Assembly: GCA_038213805.1 (NCBI GenBank)
Contig: JBBQSO010000021.1
Location: 1-64,000 of the forward strand
DNA length: 64,000 nucleotides
Origin: Planctomycetota bacterium
GTDB taxonomy: Bacteria > Planctomycetota > UBA11346
Direction of reading: 5' to 3'
The notes below the pieces were generated by a model. The model did no database searches. It was given only the letters and a program-made list of their open reading frames with translations, and had not been told where the DNA came from. The translations under genes were made by a program, and so were the position numbers. This document shows positions 37,429 to 46,338 of this stretch, piece by piece (position 1 is the stretch's first letter; the number at the start of each line of letters is the position of its first letter).

Positions 37429-38277
37429 ATGCCACGCTCGCAGCCCCTCCTCCTGCTCGCCACCCTGGTCCTCGCAGCGGCACTCGCCGCCTGCGGCGCC
37501 AGCGCGCGTTCCGTTCCGGTCGACCTGCATTTCACCGATGAGCGCATCGACACCTGGCACGGCTTCACCCGCCACTCCTTCACCTGGGACGGTTGCGCGG
37601 CCTGGGTGGTCGAACCCAAGACCGCGCGCGCCGGCAACCCGTGGTCGTGGTGCATGATGTTCCCCGACGCCTTCACCGAGCGCTGCGCGGCGCCGGGGCT
37701 GCTCGCCGCCGGCTACCACCATGCCTTCATCGATGTCGGTAACACCTTCGGCGCGCCGTCGGCGGTCCTGCACCTCGAGTCATTCCACCACGAACTCGTG
37801 CGCCGCGGCCTGGAGCAGCGGCCGGCGCTGATCGGCATCAGCCGCGGCGGCCTGTACGCCTACCGTTTTGCCGCGGATCACCCCGGCGAGGTCGGAGAGA
37901 TCTACGGCGACGCGCCGGTGTGCGACTTCAAGAGCTGGCCCGGCGGCAAGGGCAAGGGCAAGGGCAGCCCCGGGGACTGGCAGGCGCTCCTGGGCTGCTA
38001 TGGCTTCCCCGACGACGCAGCCGCGCTCGCCTACCTGGGCAACCCCATCGACATCCTGCCGACCCTGGCCGAGGCGCACATCGCTCTGATCCACGTGGTC
38101 GGCGACGCCGACGACGTGGTGCCCGTGGCGGAGAACACCGCCATCCTCGAGCAGCGCTACCTGGCACTCGACGGGACCATCACGGTGCTGCACAAGGCGG
38201 GCGTCGGCCACCACCCGCACGGGCTCGACGACCCGGCGCCGATCGTCGAGTTCATCCTCACCCACCGTCAGCCGTAG
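37429..38277 (+). CDS. Alpha/beta hydrolase lipoprotein (esterase-like)
   Basis: GGAG RBS, LAA-C lipobox, GISRGG, HVVGDADDVVP, HHPHG. Confidence 0.85.
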   Translation: MPRSQPLLLLATLVLAAALAACGASARSVPVDLHFTDERIDTWHGFTRHSFTWDGCAAWVVEPKTARAGNPWSWCMMFPDAFTERCAAPGLLAAGYHHAFIDVGNTFGAPSAVLHLESFHHELVRRGLEQRPALIGISRGGLYAYRFAADHPGEVGEIYGDAPVCDFKSWPGGKGKGKGSPGDWQALLGCYGFPDDAAALAYLGNPIDILPTLAEAHIALIHVVGDADDVVPVAENTAILEQRYLALDGTITVLHKAGVGHHPHGLDDPAPIVEFILTHRQP

Positions 38278-38287
38278 CGTGGTGTGG

Positions 38288-39079
38288 CTAACGGCGGCCG
38301 CGCGCAGGCCGCGCTGCCACCGCGTGGTTCCAGGCGACGCAGTCGGCATAGCGCACCAGGGATCCGCCGAAGAGGTCGAGGGCGCTGCCGTAGGTGAGGT
38401 CGACGCGGCCGCCGGATAGCCGGTCGACGGTCAGCAGGTCGGCGATGTCCTTGGCGCCACCGGCGTAGACGCATGGCACGGGGGACCACTTCCCGAGCGC
38501 GGCGACCAGCTCCTCGTCGATGCCGCGGCACAGGCCCTCGACGTCGGCGGCGTGCACCAGCAGCTCGCTGCACGAGGCGCCGATCAGCGCCAGGTTGGCG
38601 GCATCGATGGTGAAGGCGGTGAGGCGCTGCCAGCGGTCGATGGCCACGCACCAGCCGGCGCCGACGCGGCGGCAGCTCACGTCGATGACCAGGCGTTCGC
38701 GGCCGACCGCGGCCACCAGCGCAGCGAGGCGTTCGGGCACGAAGGCGCCGTCCGGGAACAGCCACGAGGTGACGATGACCTTCTGCGCGCCCGCCGCGAT
38801 CCAGGCCGCGGCGTTGTCCGCATCGATGCCGCCGCCGAGGTGCAGCCCGTCCGGCCACGCCGTCAGCGCTGCGCGCGCCGCGTCATCGTTGCCGGGACCG
38901 AGCTTGATCACGTGACCGCCGTCCAGCCCATCGGCGCGGTAGCGCGCCGCGAAGAACTCCGCGCCCTGGTCTGCGACGAAATTGGTACGCAGCCCCGCCC
39001 CCGAATCGCTCAGGCTGCCGCCGACGATCTGCTTCACGCGGCCGTCGTGGAGGTCGATGCACGGGCGGAACAGGGTCAT
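38288..39079 (-). CDS. hisA: ProFAR isomerase, eukaryotic (His6) type
   Basis: FRPCIDLHDGRVKQIVGGSL, GGHVIKLG, KVIVTSW, HAADVEGLCRGID, DLTYGSALDLFGG. Confidence 0.93.
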   Translation of the reverse strand: MTLFRPCIDLHDGRVKQIVGGSLSDSGAGLRTNFVADQGAEFFAARYRADGLDGGHVIKLGPGNDDAARAALTAWPDGLHLGGGIDADNAAAWIAAGAQKVIVTSWLFPDGAFVPERLAALVAAVGRERLVIDVSCRRVGAGWCVAIDRWQRLTAFTIDAANLALIGASCSELLVHAADVEGLCRGIDEELVAALGKWSPVPCVYAGGAKDIADLLTVDRLSGGRVDLTYGSALDLFGGSLVRYADCVAWNHAVAARPARGRR

Positions 39080-39156
39080 GCGCCCAGCATCACGTCTTCA
39101 CGCCCGCAGACAACCGCCACCACTGATCGCTTCCGCCCGCCGAGCGCTCGGGAAAA

Positions 39157-39283
39157 CCGATAGAACTAGAGACGCGGAGACGCGGAGATCGGAGGAGGAC
39201 GAGCGAATGGCCGGCTGTGCAGTCCGACCGCGCCCACCTCTCCTCCTCTCCCCTCCGCGTCTCCGCGCCTCCTCTTTTATCGG
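39157..39283. repeat. Palindromic element, GAGACGCGGAGACGC family, copy 1
   Basis: Left arm GATAGAACTAGAGACGCGGAGACGCGGAG; right arm CTCCGCGTCTCCGCGCCTCCTCTTTTATC. Confidence 0.85.
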
Positions 39284-39324
39284 CTGTCGGCTGTCGGCCG
39301 ACGCCTATTGATCCCCGATCCGCC

Positions 39325-40056
39325 TCAGGAGGCCGGTTCCTCACCAAGGTACGCCGCACGCACCTTGGGGTCGTCGAGCAGATCCTTGCTGGCCGCGGTG
39401 GCGACGATGCGGCCGGTCTCCATGACGTAGCCGCGCGCGGCGAGCTGCAGCGCCATGCGCGCGTTCTGCTCGACCAGCAGCACGGCGAGGCCCTCGCGAC
39501 CCAGCTCGCGGATGGCCGCGAAGATGCGCTGCACCAGCAAAGGCGCCACGCCCATCGACGGCTCGTCCATGAGCAGCAGGGTCGGCCGCGACATCAGCGC
39601 GCGGGTGATGGCAAGCATCTGCTGTTCGCCGCCCGAGAGGGTGCCGCCCGCCTGATGGCGACGCTCGGCGAGGATCGGGAAGAGCGCGAAGGCGCGCTCG
39701 AGCCCCGCGGCGATGGCGGCGGGGTCGGACTGGGCGTAGGCGCCGATGCGCAGGTTCTCGAGCACGCTCAGGCGTGGAAAGATGCGCCGCCCCTCCGGCA
39801 CGTGCGCGAGGCCGTCGCGGACGATGGTGTGCGCCGGGCGCCCGCGCAAGGCGGCGCCGCGGAAGGTGATGGTGCCGGCGCTGGGCGCGAGCAGCCCCGA
39901 GATGCAGCGCAGGGTGGTGGTCTTGCCCGCGCCGTTGGCGCCGATCAAAGTCACGATCTCGCCGGGCATGACGCGCAGCGCGATGCCCTTGAGCACGGTG
40001 ATCGGGCCGTAGCCGGCGTGCACCTCCGCGAGTGCGAGCAGGGGTTGACCGTCCAT
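39325..40056 (-). CDS. livF: Branched-chain amino acid ABC ATPase
   Basis: GANGAGKTT, HVPEGRRIF, LSGGEQQMLAI, DEPSMG, VEQN. Confidence 0.93.
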   Translation of the reverse strand: MDGQPLLALAEVHAGYGPITVLKGIALRVMPGEIVTLIGANGAGKTTTLRCISGLLAPSAGTITFRGAALRGRPAHTIVRDGLAHVPEGRRIFPRLSVLENLRIGAYAQSDPAAIAAGLERAFALFPILAERRHQAGGTLSGGEQQMLAITRALMSRPTLLLMDEPSMGVAPLLVQRIFAAIRELGREGLAVLLVEQNARMALQLAARGYVMETGRIVATAASKDLLDDPKVRAAYLGEEPAS

Positions 40057-41081
40057 CAGCAGTCCTTGCCCAGGTAGGCCTCGACCACTGCGGGATCGGC
40101 GCGGATCTCAGCGGGGGTGCCCTCGGCGATGCGCTTGCCGTAGTGCAGCACGCAGATGCGGTCGCTGATGCCCATCACCACCTTCATGTCATGCTCGATG
40201 AGCAGCACGGTGGTGCCGCGCGCGCGGATGGCGCGGATCAGCTCCATCAGCGCCGCCGACTCGGTGCCGTTCATGCCCGCAGCGGGCTCGTCGAGCAGCA
40301 GCAGGCGCGGTTGCGCGGCCAGGGCGCGCGCGATCTCGAGGCGGCGCTGATGGCCGTAGGGCAGGCTGCCGGCGGCGCGCTCCGCGCAGTCCGCGAGACC
40401 GACGAAGGCAAGCAGCTCGTGCGCCGCGGCGCGCGCCGTGGCCTCTTCCCGGCCGTGGCGCGGCAGGCGCAGCGCTGCGGCCAGGGCGCCGGCGGCCAGG
40501 CGCGGCTCCATCCCGACCAGCACGTTGTCGCAAGCGCTCATCGCGGTGAACAGCCGGATGTTCTGGAAGGTGCGCGCCACCCCGGCGGGCGCGAGCAGCT
40601 CGGGCGAGCGCCGCGCCCCGGCCCACACCCGCCACGCCGCCAGCACGCCGAGCGCGCCGCCGAGCAGCGCCGGAGCGAGGGTCCAGACGAGCGGCAAGGC
40701 GTGACAGGCGCTGTCCAGCGCCTTGCCCCACGGGAACGGCGCAGTGGGCAGGTGGTTGGCGTTGATCGCGGCGTCCCACACCGCGTTGCCGTCGACCGCG
40801 GCGACGCTGGCGCACGCGCAGGCGAGGCCGACCGCAGCCCAGCCGGCGAGGGTGCGCCAGGTCAGCACGCGCGCGACCTCGCGGCCGCAGACCAGCACGC
40901 GGCCGGCACTCGGCGGATGGATGCCGGTGATGGCGTTGAACACCGAGGTCTTACCCGCTCCGTTGGGTCCGATGACCGCGTAGATCTCGCCCGGCGCGAC
41001 GCTGAAACCCACTCCGTCGACCGCGGTCAGGCCGCCGAAGCGCAGGGTCAGCCCCTCGACCGCCAGCACGGGCGCGTTCAT
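40056..41081 (-). CDS. livG: Branched-chain amino acid ABC ATPase with a hydrophobic insertion
   Basis: FGGLTAV, GPNGAGKT, RTFQNIRLF, LPYGHQRRLEIARALA, DEPAAGMN, IEHDM, AYLG. Confidence 0.9.
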   Translation of the reverse strand: MNAPVLAVEGLTLRFGGLTAVDGVGFSVAPGEIYAVIGPNGAGKTSVFNAITGIHPPSAGRVLVCGREVARVLTWRTLAGWAAVGLACACASVAAVDGNAVWDAAINANHLPTAPFPWGKALDSACHALPLVWTLAPALLGGALGVLAAWRVWAGARRSPELLAPAGVARTFQNIRLFTAMSACDNVLVGMEPRLAAGALAAALRLPRHGREEATARAAAHELLAFVGLADCAERAAGSLPYGHQRRLEIARALAAQPRLLLLDEPAAGMNGTESAALMELIRAIRARGTTVLLIEHDMKVVMGISDRICVLHYGKRIAEGTPAEIRADPAVVEAYLGKDC

Positions 41082-42115
41082 GCGGCCTCCGGCGTGACGC
41101 CATCCGCGCGGCGCAGCTCGTCGCGTACTTCGCGCGCGGGCAGCAGGCCCGCGGGGCGGTAACGCATCATCAGGATGAGCGCGAGCCCGAAGACCAGGTA
41201 CTTCCAATTGCCGGGCGACGCCAGCACGTTGCTGCTGGAGATGCCGTGGCGTGCGAGCAGGTCGGTGAGCTTGGTCAGCACGATGCTGTTGAAGCCGATC
41301 ATGATCACCGCGCCGAGCAGCACGCCGGGGATGCTGCCCAGGCCACCGACGATGACGATGCACAGCACCACCACCGAGAGCTGGAAGTCGTAGAAGCCCG
41401 GCTCGATGCTGGTGCCGTGCAGGCTGGCCCACAGCGCGCCGCCGGCCGCGCACAGCGCCGCACCCAGGCTGAAGGCGAGCAGCTTGGCGCGCACCACCGC
41501 GATGCCGCAGGCGCGCGCCGCGAGCTCGTCCTCGCGCACCGCCACCCAGGTACGCCCGGTGCGCGAGCGGCGCAGGTTGGCGCACAGCCACACCGTGCCG
41601 CCGAGCAGCGCGAGCAGCAGGTAGTACCACGGCACGTAGTTGGCCGAGCTGAAGGTGTAACCGGCGAGGGTCGGGGCCGGCACCGGGTTCAGACCCTGGG
41701 TGCCCTTGGTGATGGCGTCGAGGTTCTTGAGCAGGTCCTGGACGATCTCACCGAAGCCAAGGGTGACGATCGCCAGGTAGTCGCCGCGCAGGCGCAGCGT
41801 CGGCAGGCCGAGCACCAGCCCGGCCAGCGCGCCGACTGCGGTCGCAACCACCAGGCCGGCCCAGAAGCCGATTTGGAAAGGGTGCACCGGGCAGGTGACC
41901 ACCGAGAAGGCGTAGGCGCCGATCGCCATGAACGCGGCCGAGCCCAGATTGAGCAGCCCGGTGAAACCGACCACGATGTTGAGCCCCAGCCCGATGATCG
42001 CGAAGATCAGGATCGGCGGGACCAGGCTGCCGATCTGGAAGCCGGTCGGTAGGACGAGCTCGGCAATCGGCAGGAGCAGGACGAGCACCGCGCAGATGAT
42101 GGCGCTGCGGCTCAT
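41078..42115 (-). CDS. livM: Branched-chain amino acid ABC permease
   Basis: GLNIVVGFTGLLNLG, LRLRGDYLAIVTLGFGEI, AVREDELAA. Confidence 0.93.
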   Translation of the reverse strand: MSRSAIICAVLVLLLPIAELVLPTGFQIGSLVPPILIFAIIGLGLNIVVGFTGLLNLGSAAFMAIGAYAFSVVTCPVHPFQIGFWAGLVVATAVGALAGLVLGLPTLRLRGDYLAIVTLGFGEIVQDLLKNLDAITKGTQGLNPVPAPTLAGYTFSSANYVPWYYLLLALLGGTVWLCANLRRSRTGRTWVAVREDELAARACGIAVVRAKLLAFSLGAALCAAGGALWASLHGTSIEPGFYDFQLSVVVLCIVIVGGLGSIPGVLLGAVIMIGFNSIVLTKLTDLLARHGISSSNVLASPGNWKYLVFGLALILMMRYRPAGLLPAREVRDELRRADGVTPEAA

Positions 42116-42203
42116 GTGCCGCCCCCCGCGCGCACTCGCGCAGCGCACTGGGGGCTGTTGGCGCCCCGCGCCATGGACCACGCGCCCAGCACCGGACGCC
42201 TCC

Positions 42204-42238
42204 GACTTCCGGACTTCCGGACTTCCGGACTCCCGGAC
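42204..42238. repeat. Octamer array (GACTTCCG)x3 plus a degenerate copy
   Basis: Inside the liv operon between livH and livM; reverse complement of the 18090 units. Confidence 0.85.
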
Positions 42239-42260
42239 CGCGGCGTGCGCAGCACGCCGC

Positions 42261-43217
42261 TCATACCTTCTCCCTCGCCCGCGACCCCAGCAGCCCCGTG
42301 GGCCGGAAGGCGAGCACCAGGATCAGCACGCCGAAGACCACGGCGTTGCTCCACACCCCGCCGTTCGGCACCACACCCTCCATGGTCGCGCGCACCAGGC
42401 CGATGACGATGCCGCCCAGCACCGCGCCGGGCAGGTTGCCGATGCCGCCGAGCACCGCGGCGGTGAAGGCGTCCATGCCGTTGCGGTAGCCCATCCAGAA
42501 GGACAGCGAGTTGTTGGCGAGCACGAACACCACGCTCGCCACGCCGGCGAGCGCGCCGCCGATGAGGAAGGTCGCCGAGATCACGCGGTCGGTGTCGATG
42601 CCCATCAGCCGCGCCGCGAGCGGATCCTGCGCGACCGCGCGCATCGCCGTGCCCAGGCGCGTGCGGCGTACGAACCAGGTGAGGGCGGCCATCAGCGGCA
42701 CGGTGACCGCCACCACCAGCACGTCCTTGAGGGTGAACTGCAGTCCGCTCTCAGTGCCGAGCAGGTTGCGATAACCGATCAGGTCGGGGAAGTCCTTCTG
42801 CGCCGCGGCCTGGGTGCCGCCGGCAAAGACGCCCATCGGCAGGCCGCCCCAGAACAGCCCGAGGTTGACGAAGATGAAGGACACGCCGATCGCCGAGACC
42901 AACGCGGTGAGCTTGGGCGCGGCGCGCAGCGGGTGGTAGGCGAGGCGGTCGACCGTCCAGTTCAGCCCGGCGCAGAATGCCGGCACCGCCAGCAGCAGCA
43001 GCGGGATGACCAGCCACGGCGAGGCCGCCTCGCCGCCGCACAACCCGACCAGGGTCAGAGCCAGGAAGCAGCCGAGCATCATCAGGTCGCCGTGCGCGAA
43101 GTTGATGAGCTCGATGATGCCGTAGACCATGGTGTAGCCGAGGGCGATCAGCGCGATGATCAGGCCGTTGGACAGGCCGGTGACCAGCAGCTGGAGGACG
43201 ACCTCGGTCGGGCTCAT
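42261..43217 (-). CDS. livH: Branched-chain amino acid ABC permease
   Basis: ALIALGYTMVYGIIELINFAHG, GTAMRAVAQD, AFTAAVLGGIG. Confidence 0.94.
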   Translation of the reverse strand: MSPTEVVLQLLVTGLSNGLIIALIALGYTMVYGIIELINFAHGDLMMLGCFLALTLVGLCGGEAASPWLVIPLLLLAVPAFCAGLNWTVDRLAYHPLRAAPKLTALVSAIGVSFIFVNLGLFWGGLPMGVFAGGTQAAAQKDFPDLIGYRNLLGTESGLQFTLKDVLVVAVTVPLMAALTWFVRRTRLGTAMRAVAQDPLAARLMGIDTDRVISATFLIGGALAGVASVVFVLANNSLSFWMGYRNGMDAFTAAVLGGIGNLPGAVLGGIVIGLVRATMEGVVPNGGVWSNAVVFGVLILVLAFRPTGLLGSRAREKV

Positions 43218-44422
43218 TTCCCCAGCAGCTTCACGAAGGCGAACTGCCCGGCGCGCACGGTGTTGCCGCTCATCACCATGAGGGTGGTATCGCCGTTGGC
43301 GTCGAACGACCAGGTACCGAGCGCGCCGTCGTAGTCCCTCATCCCGGCGAGCGCGGCGACCACCGCGGCGCGGTCCTTCTTCCCCGCCTTGGCCAAGGCG
43401 GCGAGCACCACCTTGGCGCTCTCATAGGCATAGATCGCGTAGCCTTCTGGTTCGCCATGGTAGGCGGCGCGGTACGCATCGACGAAGGCCTTGCCCTTGC
43501 CGGTCTGCTGCTCTGGCGGCAGGCCACCGAAGGTCACCAGCACGCGCTCCTCGAGCGCCTTGTCGCCGGCACCGGCCATCAGCGCCTTGTTGAAGAAGGC
43601 ATCGGGCCCCATCAGCTTGGCCTGCACACCGGCGTTGAAGAGGTCCTTGGCAAGTTGGCCGGCGCCGGTCTCGGTGGTACCGCCGAAATAGACCAGCTGC
43701 GCGCCCGACTGGCGGATCTTGTTGATCAGCGGGCGGAAGTTCGCGGCCTTGCCGTCGATGCCCTCGAAGCCGGCCACCTTTACCCCAAGCTTCTCGGCAT
43801 TCAGCTTGAACATCTTGGCGATGCCCAGTCCGTAAAGTTCGCGGTCGTGGAGCACGAACACCGATGCGGCGCCGAGCTCCTTCGCCCACTGCGCGCCGAC
43901 CTGGCCCTGGATGTCGTCAGCAGGTACTACGCGGAAGTAGCTGACGCGGCCGTGGTCGCGGTAGCACTCCGGCTCGTTGGCCTCGCCCACGCCCGGCTTG
44001 GTCAGGCCCGGCCAGGTGTTGGCCGGGCTGACCATGGCCAGTCCGGCCTGGTTCAGCGGCAGCATCGCGACCTTGGCCGCGCCGCTGTTGTAGGTGCCGA
44101 TGTAGGCCATCACGTCTGGGTCGTTGATCGCCTTGTTGGCGTTGGCGATCTCGACCGCGGGATCCCAGTGGCCGGCCTCGGGCGAGGCGTCGTCCCAGTC
44201 CAGGTAGGTGAGGGTATAGGTGGTGCCGCCCAGGGTGATGGTCCCGCCGGCCTCGGCGATCGCCAGACGGATGCCGTTGACCAGCGAGGTGGTCTGGACG
44301 TTCGCGCTACCGGTGCGCGGCAGGCTGGACACCAACGTGATGTTCTCGGCGGCATGCACCGCGCCGGCGGCGAGCAGCAACAGCAGCAGCGCGGCCAGGG
44401 TGGTGGGAAGGCGGCGGAGCAT
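43214..44422 (-). CDS. livK: Branched-chain amino acid ABC substrate-binding protein (LivK/LivJ family)
   Basis: Signal peptide; YIGTYNSG, MVSPANT, YFRVVPADDIQG; GAGG RBS upstream of ATG 44422. Confidence 0.88.
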   Translation of the reverse strand: MLRRLPTTLAALLLLLLAAGAVHAAENITLVSSLPRTGSANVQTTSLVNGIRLAIAEAGGTITLGGTTYTLTYLDWDDASPEAGHWDPAVEIANANKAINDPDVMAYIGTYNSGAAKVAMLPLNQAGLAMVSPANTWPGLTKPGVGEANEPECYRDHGRVSYFRVVPADDIQGQVGAQWAKELGAASVFVLHDRELYGLGIAKMFKLNAEKLGVKVAGFEGIDGKAANFRPLINKIRQSGAQLVYFGGTTETGAGQLAKDLFNAGVQAKLMGPDAFFNKALMAGAGDKALEERVLVTFGGLPPEQQTGKGKAFVDAYRAAYHGEPEGYAIYAYESAKVVLAALAKAGKKDRAAVVAALAGMRDYDGALGTWSFDANGDTTLMVMSGNTVRAGQFAFVKLLGK

Positions 44423-44650
44423 GGCGGTTTCCCTCGGCCGGCGGGCCGGAACTGCGGACCCCGGCCACCCTAGATCCCAGAGCATGGCTGCAAGACGGAA
44501 GCGTGCTGCGGGTTCAAGCAGGGTCGCAGGGCGGGATTTTCCCTTTGTGCCCCCCGGCACGCTTTGGATCATCCACGCCTTCATTTCCCCGGCGACCGGC
44601 GCGTGGATGCCCGGGCCAGCCCGCACCCCGCCCCTTCTTCCGGAGGTCCC

Positions 44651-45415
44651 ATGCCGTTCCGCCCGCTCGTCGCCGTCCTCTGCGCGCTCTCCTGCGCCAC
44701 CACCGTCTTCGCCCAGGAGCCCGCCGCCGTGCCCGCCCCCGCCCCCGCCCCTGCCCCTGCTGCCGCCGCCGGCGCGGAGTGGACCCTGCAGCAGAAGGCC
44801 AGCTACCTGGTCGGTCAGCAGATGGCCGACGCCATCAAGCGCTTCGACCTCGACATCGCCTCGGTCCAGGCCGGCATCGGCGACGCCATCGCCGGCAAGC
44901 CCAGCGTCATCCCCCCCAGCGAGGGCGACAAGGTCATGGGCCAGTACCAGCAGGAATTCCAGGGCCGCGAGGCCAAGAAGGCCGCGGGTCGCAAGGACAC
45001 CAACATCGCCTGGCTGGCCGAAAACGGCAAGAAGCCCGGCATCAAGACCACCGCCAGCGGCCTGGAGTACGAGGTCATCGCCGCCGGCGCCGGCAAGACC
45101 CCGGGCGCCAACGACAAGGTCAGCGTCAACTACCGCGGCACCCTGATCGACGGCAAGGAGTTCGACGCCTCGGCCAAGCACGGCGGTCCCGCCGAGTTCC
45201 AGGTCGGCGGCGTGATCAAGGGCTGGACCGAAGCCCTGCTGCTGATGAAGGAAGGCGACAAGTGGCGCCTGTACGTGCCCAGCGAACTCGCCTACGGCGA
45301 GAACGCCCCGCCCTCGATCGGCCCCAACCAGGTGCTGATCTTCGAAGTCGAGCTGCTCAAGGTCATGGGCGCCGAAGGCGGCCCCAAGACGCTGGTGCCG
45401 GCTCCGGCGAAGTGA
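44651..45415 (+). CDS. fkpA: FKBP-type peptidyl-prolyl isomerase (FkpA/Mip-like)
   Basis: GGAGG RBS; signal peptide; KASYLVG, TASGLEYEV, VNYRGTLIDGKEFD, VIKGWTE, PSELAYG, LIFEVELL. Confidence 0.9.
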   Translation: MPFRPLVAVLCALSCATTVFAQEPAAVPAPAPAPAPAAAAGAEWTLQQKASYLVGQQMADAIKRFDLDIASVQAGIGDAIAGKPSVIPPSEGDKVMGQYQQEFQGREAKKAAGRKDTNIAWLAENGKKPGIKTTASGLEYEVIAAGAGKTPGANDKVSVNYRGTLIDGKEFDASAKHGGPAEFQVGGVIKGWTEALLLMKEGDKWRLYVPSELAYGENAPPSIGPNQVLIFEVELLKVMGAEGGPKTLVPAPAK

Positions 45416-45453
45416 CTGACGGCGGCTGATGGCCGCCGGATATGGGAATCAAA

Positions 45454-45494
45454 GCGCGCCACGGGTCCGGTAGGATTCGTGGCGCGTTCGTTTT
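45454..45494 (+). terminator. Probable intrinsic terminator after the FKBP gene
   Basis: GCGCGCCACGGGTCC-GGTA-GGATTCGTGGCGCGT stem (with G-U pairs) followed by TCGTTTT. Confidence 0.65.
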
Positions 45495-45612
45495 GCCCTG
45501 TGGCCCGGAGTTGACGCACGTGCGTCATCAGCTGATGCGCTGAGCCCGCTCCGTGGTCTCATACCAGGCAGTGCGATGTCCTGACCTTGTGCGGCACCTG
45601 GCTACCTACTGC

Positions 45613-45657
45613 CTCGCTTCTCGCCTCTCGCCTCTCGCCTCTCGCGACTCGCGACTC
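45613..45657. repeat. Heptamer array CTCGCTT(CTCGCCT)x3(CTCGCGA)x2
   Basis: Abuts the lutC stop on the minus strand. Confidence 0.9.
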
Positions 45658-45663
45658 ACAGCT

Positions 45664-46338
45664 TCACCACGCCGTCATGATCACCGTCACCTGCTTCGGT
45701 CCATGCGCGCCCAGCACCAGGATGCGCTCGATGTCGCCGGTGCGGCTTGGGCCGGAGATCAGGCCCATGAAGGTCGGCCAATTGTTCCCATACTTCGCGC
45801 GCAGCAGGGCGAAGCCGCCGGGCAGGTCGGCGATCAGCTGGTCGGCGCGGGCCAGCACCACGTGGTGCGGCGGCAGGCAGGTCAGGGCGCGGCCGCCGCT
45901 GGAGCGGCTGGTCACCAGCACCGAGCCGGTCTGGGCGATCAGCGCTTCGCAGCCGGTGATGCCGACGTCGCAGGCCTCGAGCGCATCGCGGTCGTAACCG
46001 CGCGTGGTCAGCATGGTCGGCAGGCCGAGCGCGGCGCAGGCGGGGGTGGTGAGCGCATCCGCGTGCGACGCGACGCCCTGCCAGCCGTGCTTCACCGCCA
46101 GGTCCCGCAACACCGCGTGCGCCGCGGTGGCGTCGGGCACGGCGTGGAAGCCGACGCGCAGGTTGGCCGCGCGCTCGGCGAAAAGCGCGACCTGGTCGGC
46201 CGGCGCGGCTGGCACCGCGGGCAGGAAGGCGCGATACTGCTCGGGCGCGGTCGGATGCGCACCGCCGTGGCGCACATGTGGGTCGGTGGGAACTGAAAGC
46301 GCCTCCTTGATGCGCGCCAGGATGGTCGCGCGGCTCAT
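45664..46338 (-). CDS. lutC: Lactate utilization protein C (LUD domain)
   Basis: IAQTGSVL, GGRALTCLPPHHV, ISGPSRTGDIERILVLGAHGP. Confidence 0.92.
   Translation of the reverse strand: MSRATILARIKEALSVPTDPHVRHGGAHPTAPEQYRAFLPAVPAAPADQVALFAERAANLRVGFHAVPDATAAHAVLRDLAVKHGWQGVASHADALTTPACAALGLPTMLTTRGYDRDALEACDVGITGCEALIAQTGSVLVTSRSSGGRALTCLPPHHVVLARADQLIADLPGGFALLRAKYGNNWPTFMGLISGPSRTGDIERILVLGAHGPKQVTVIMTAW

Noticed and set aside
43214..45181. 655-aa version of LivK
   Set aside because: The extension is antisense to the FKBP gene; a signal peptide and RBS support the start at 44422.
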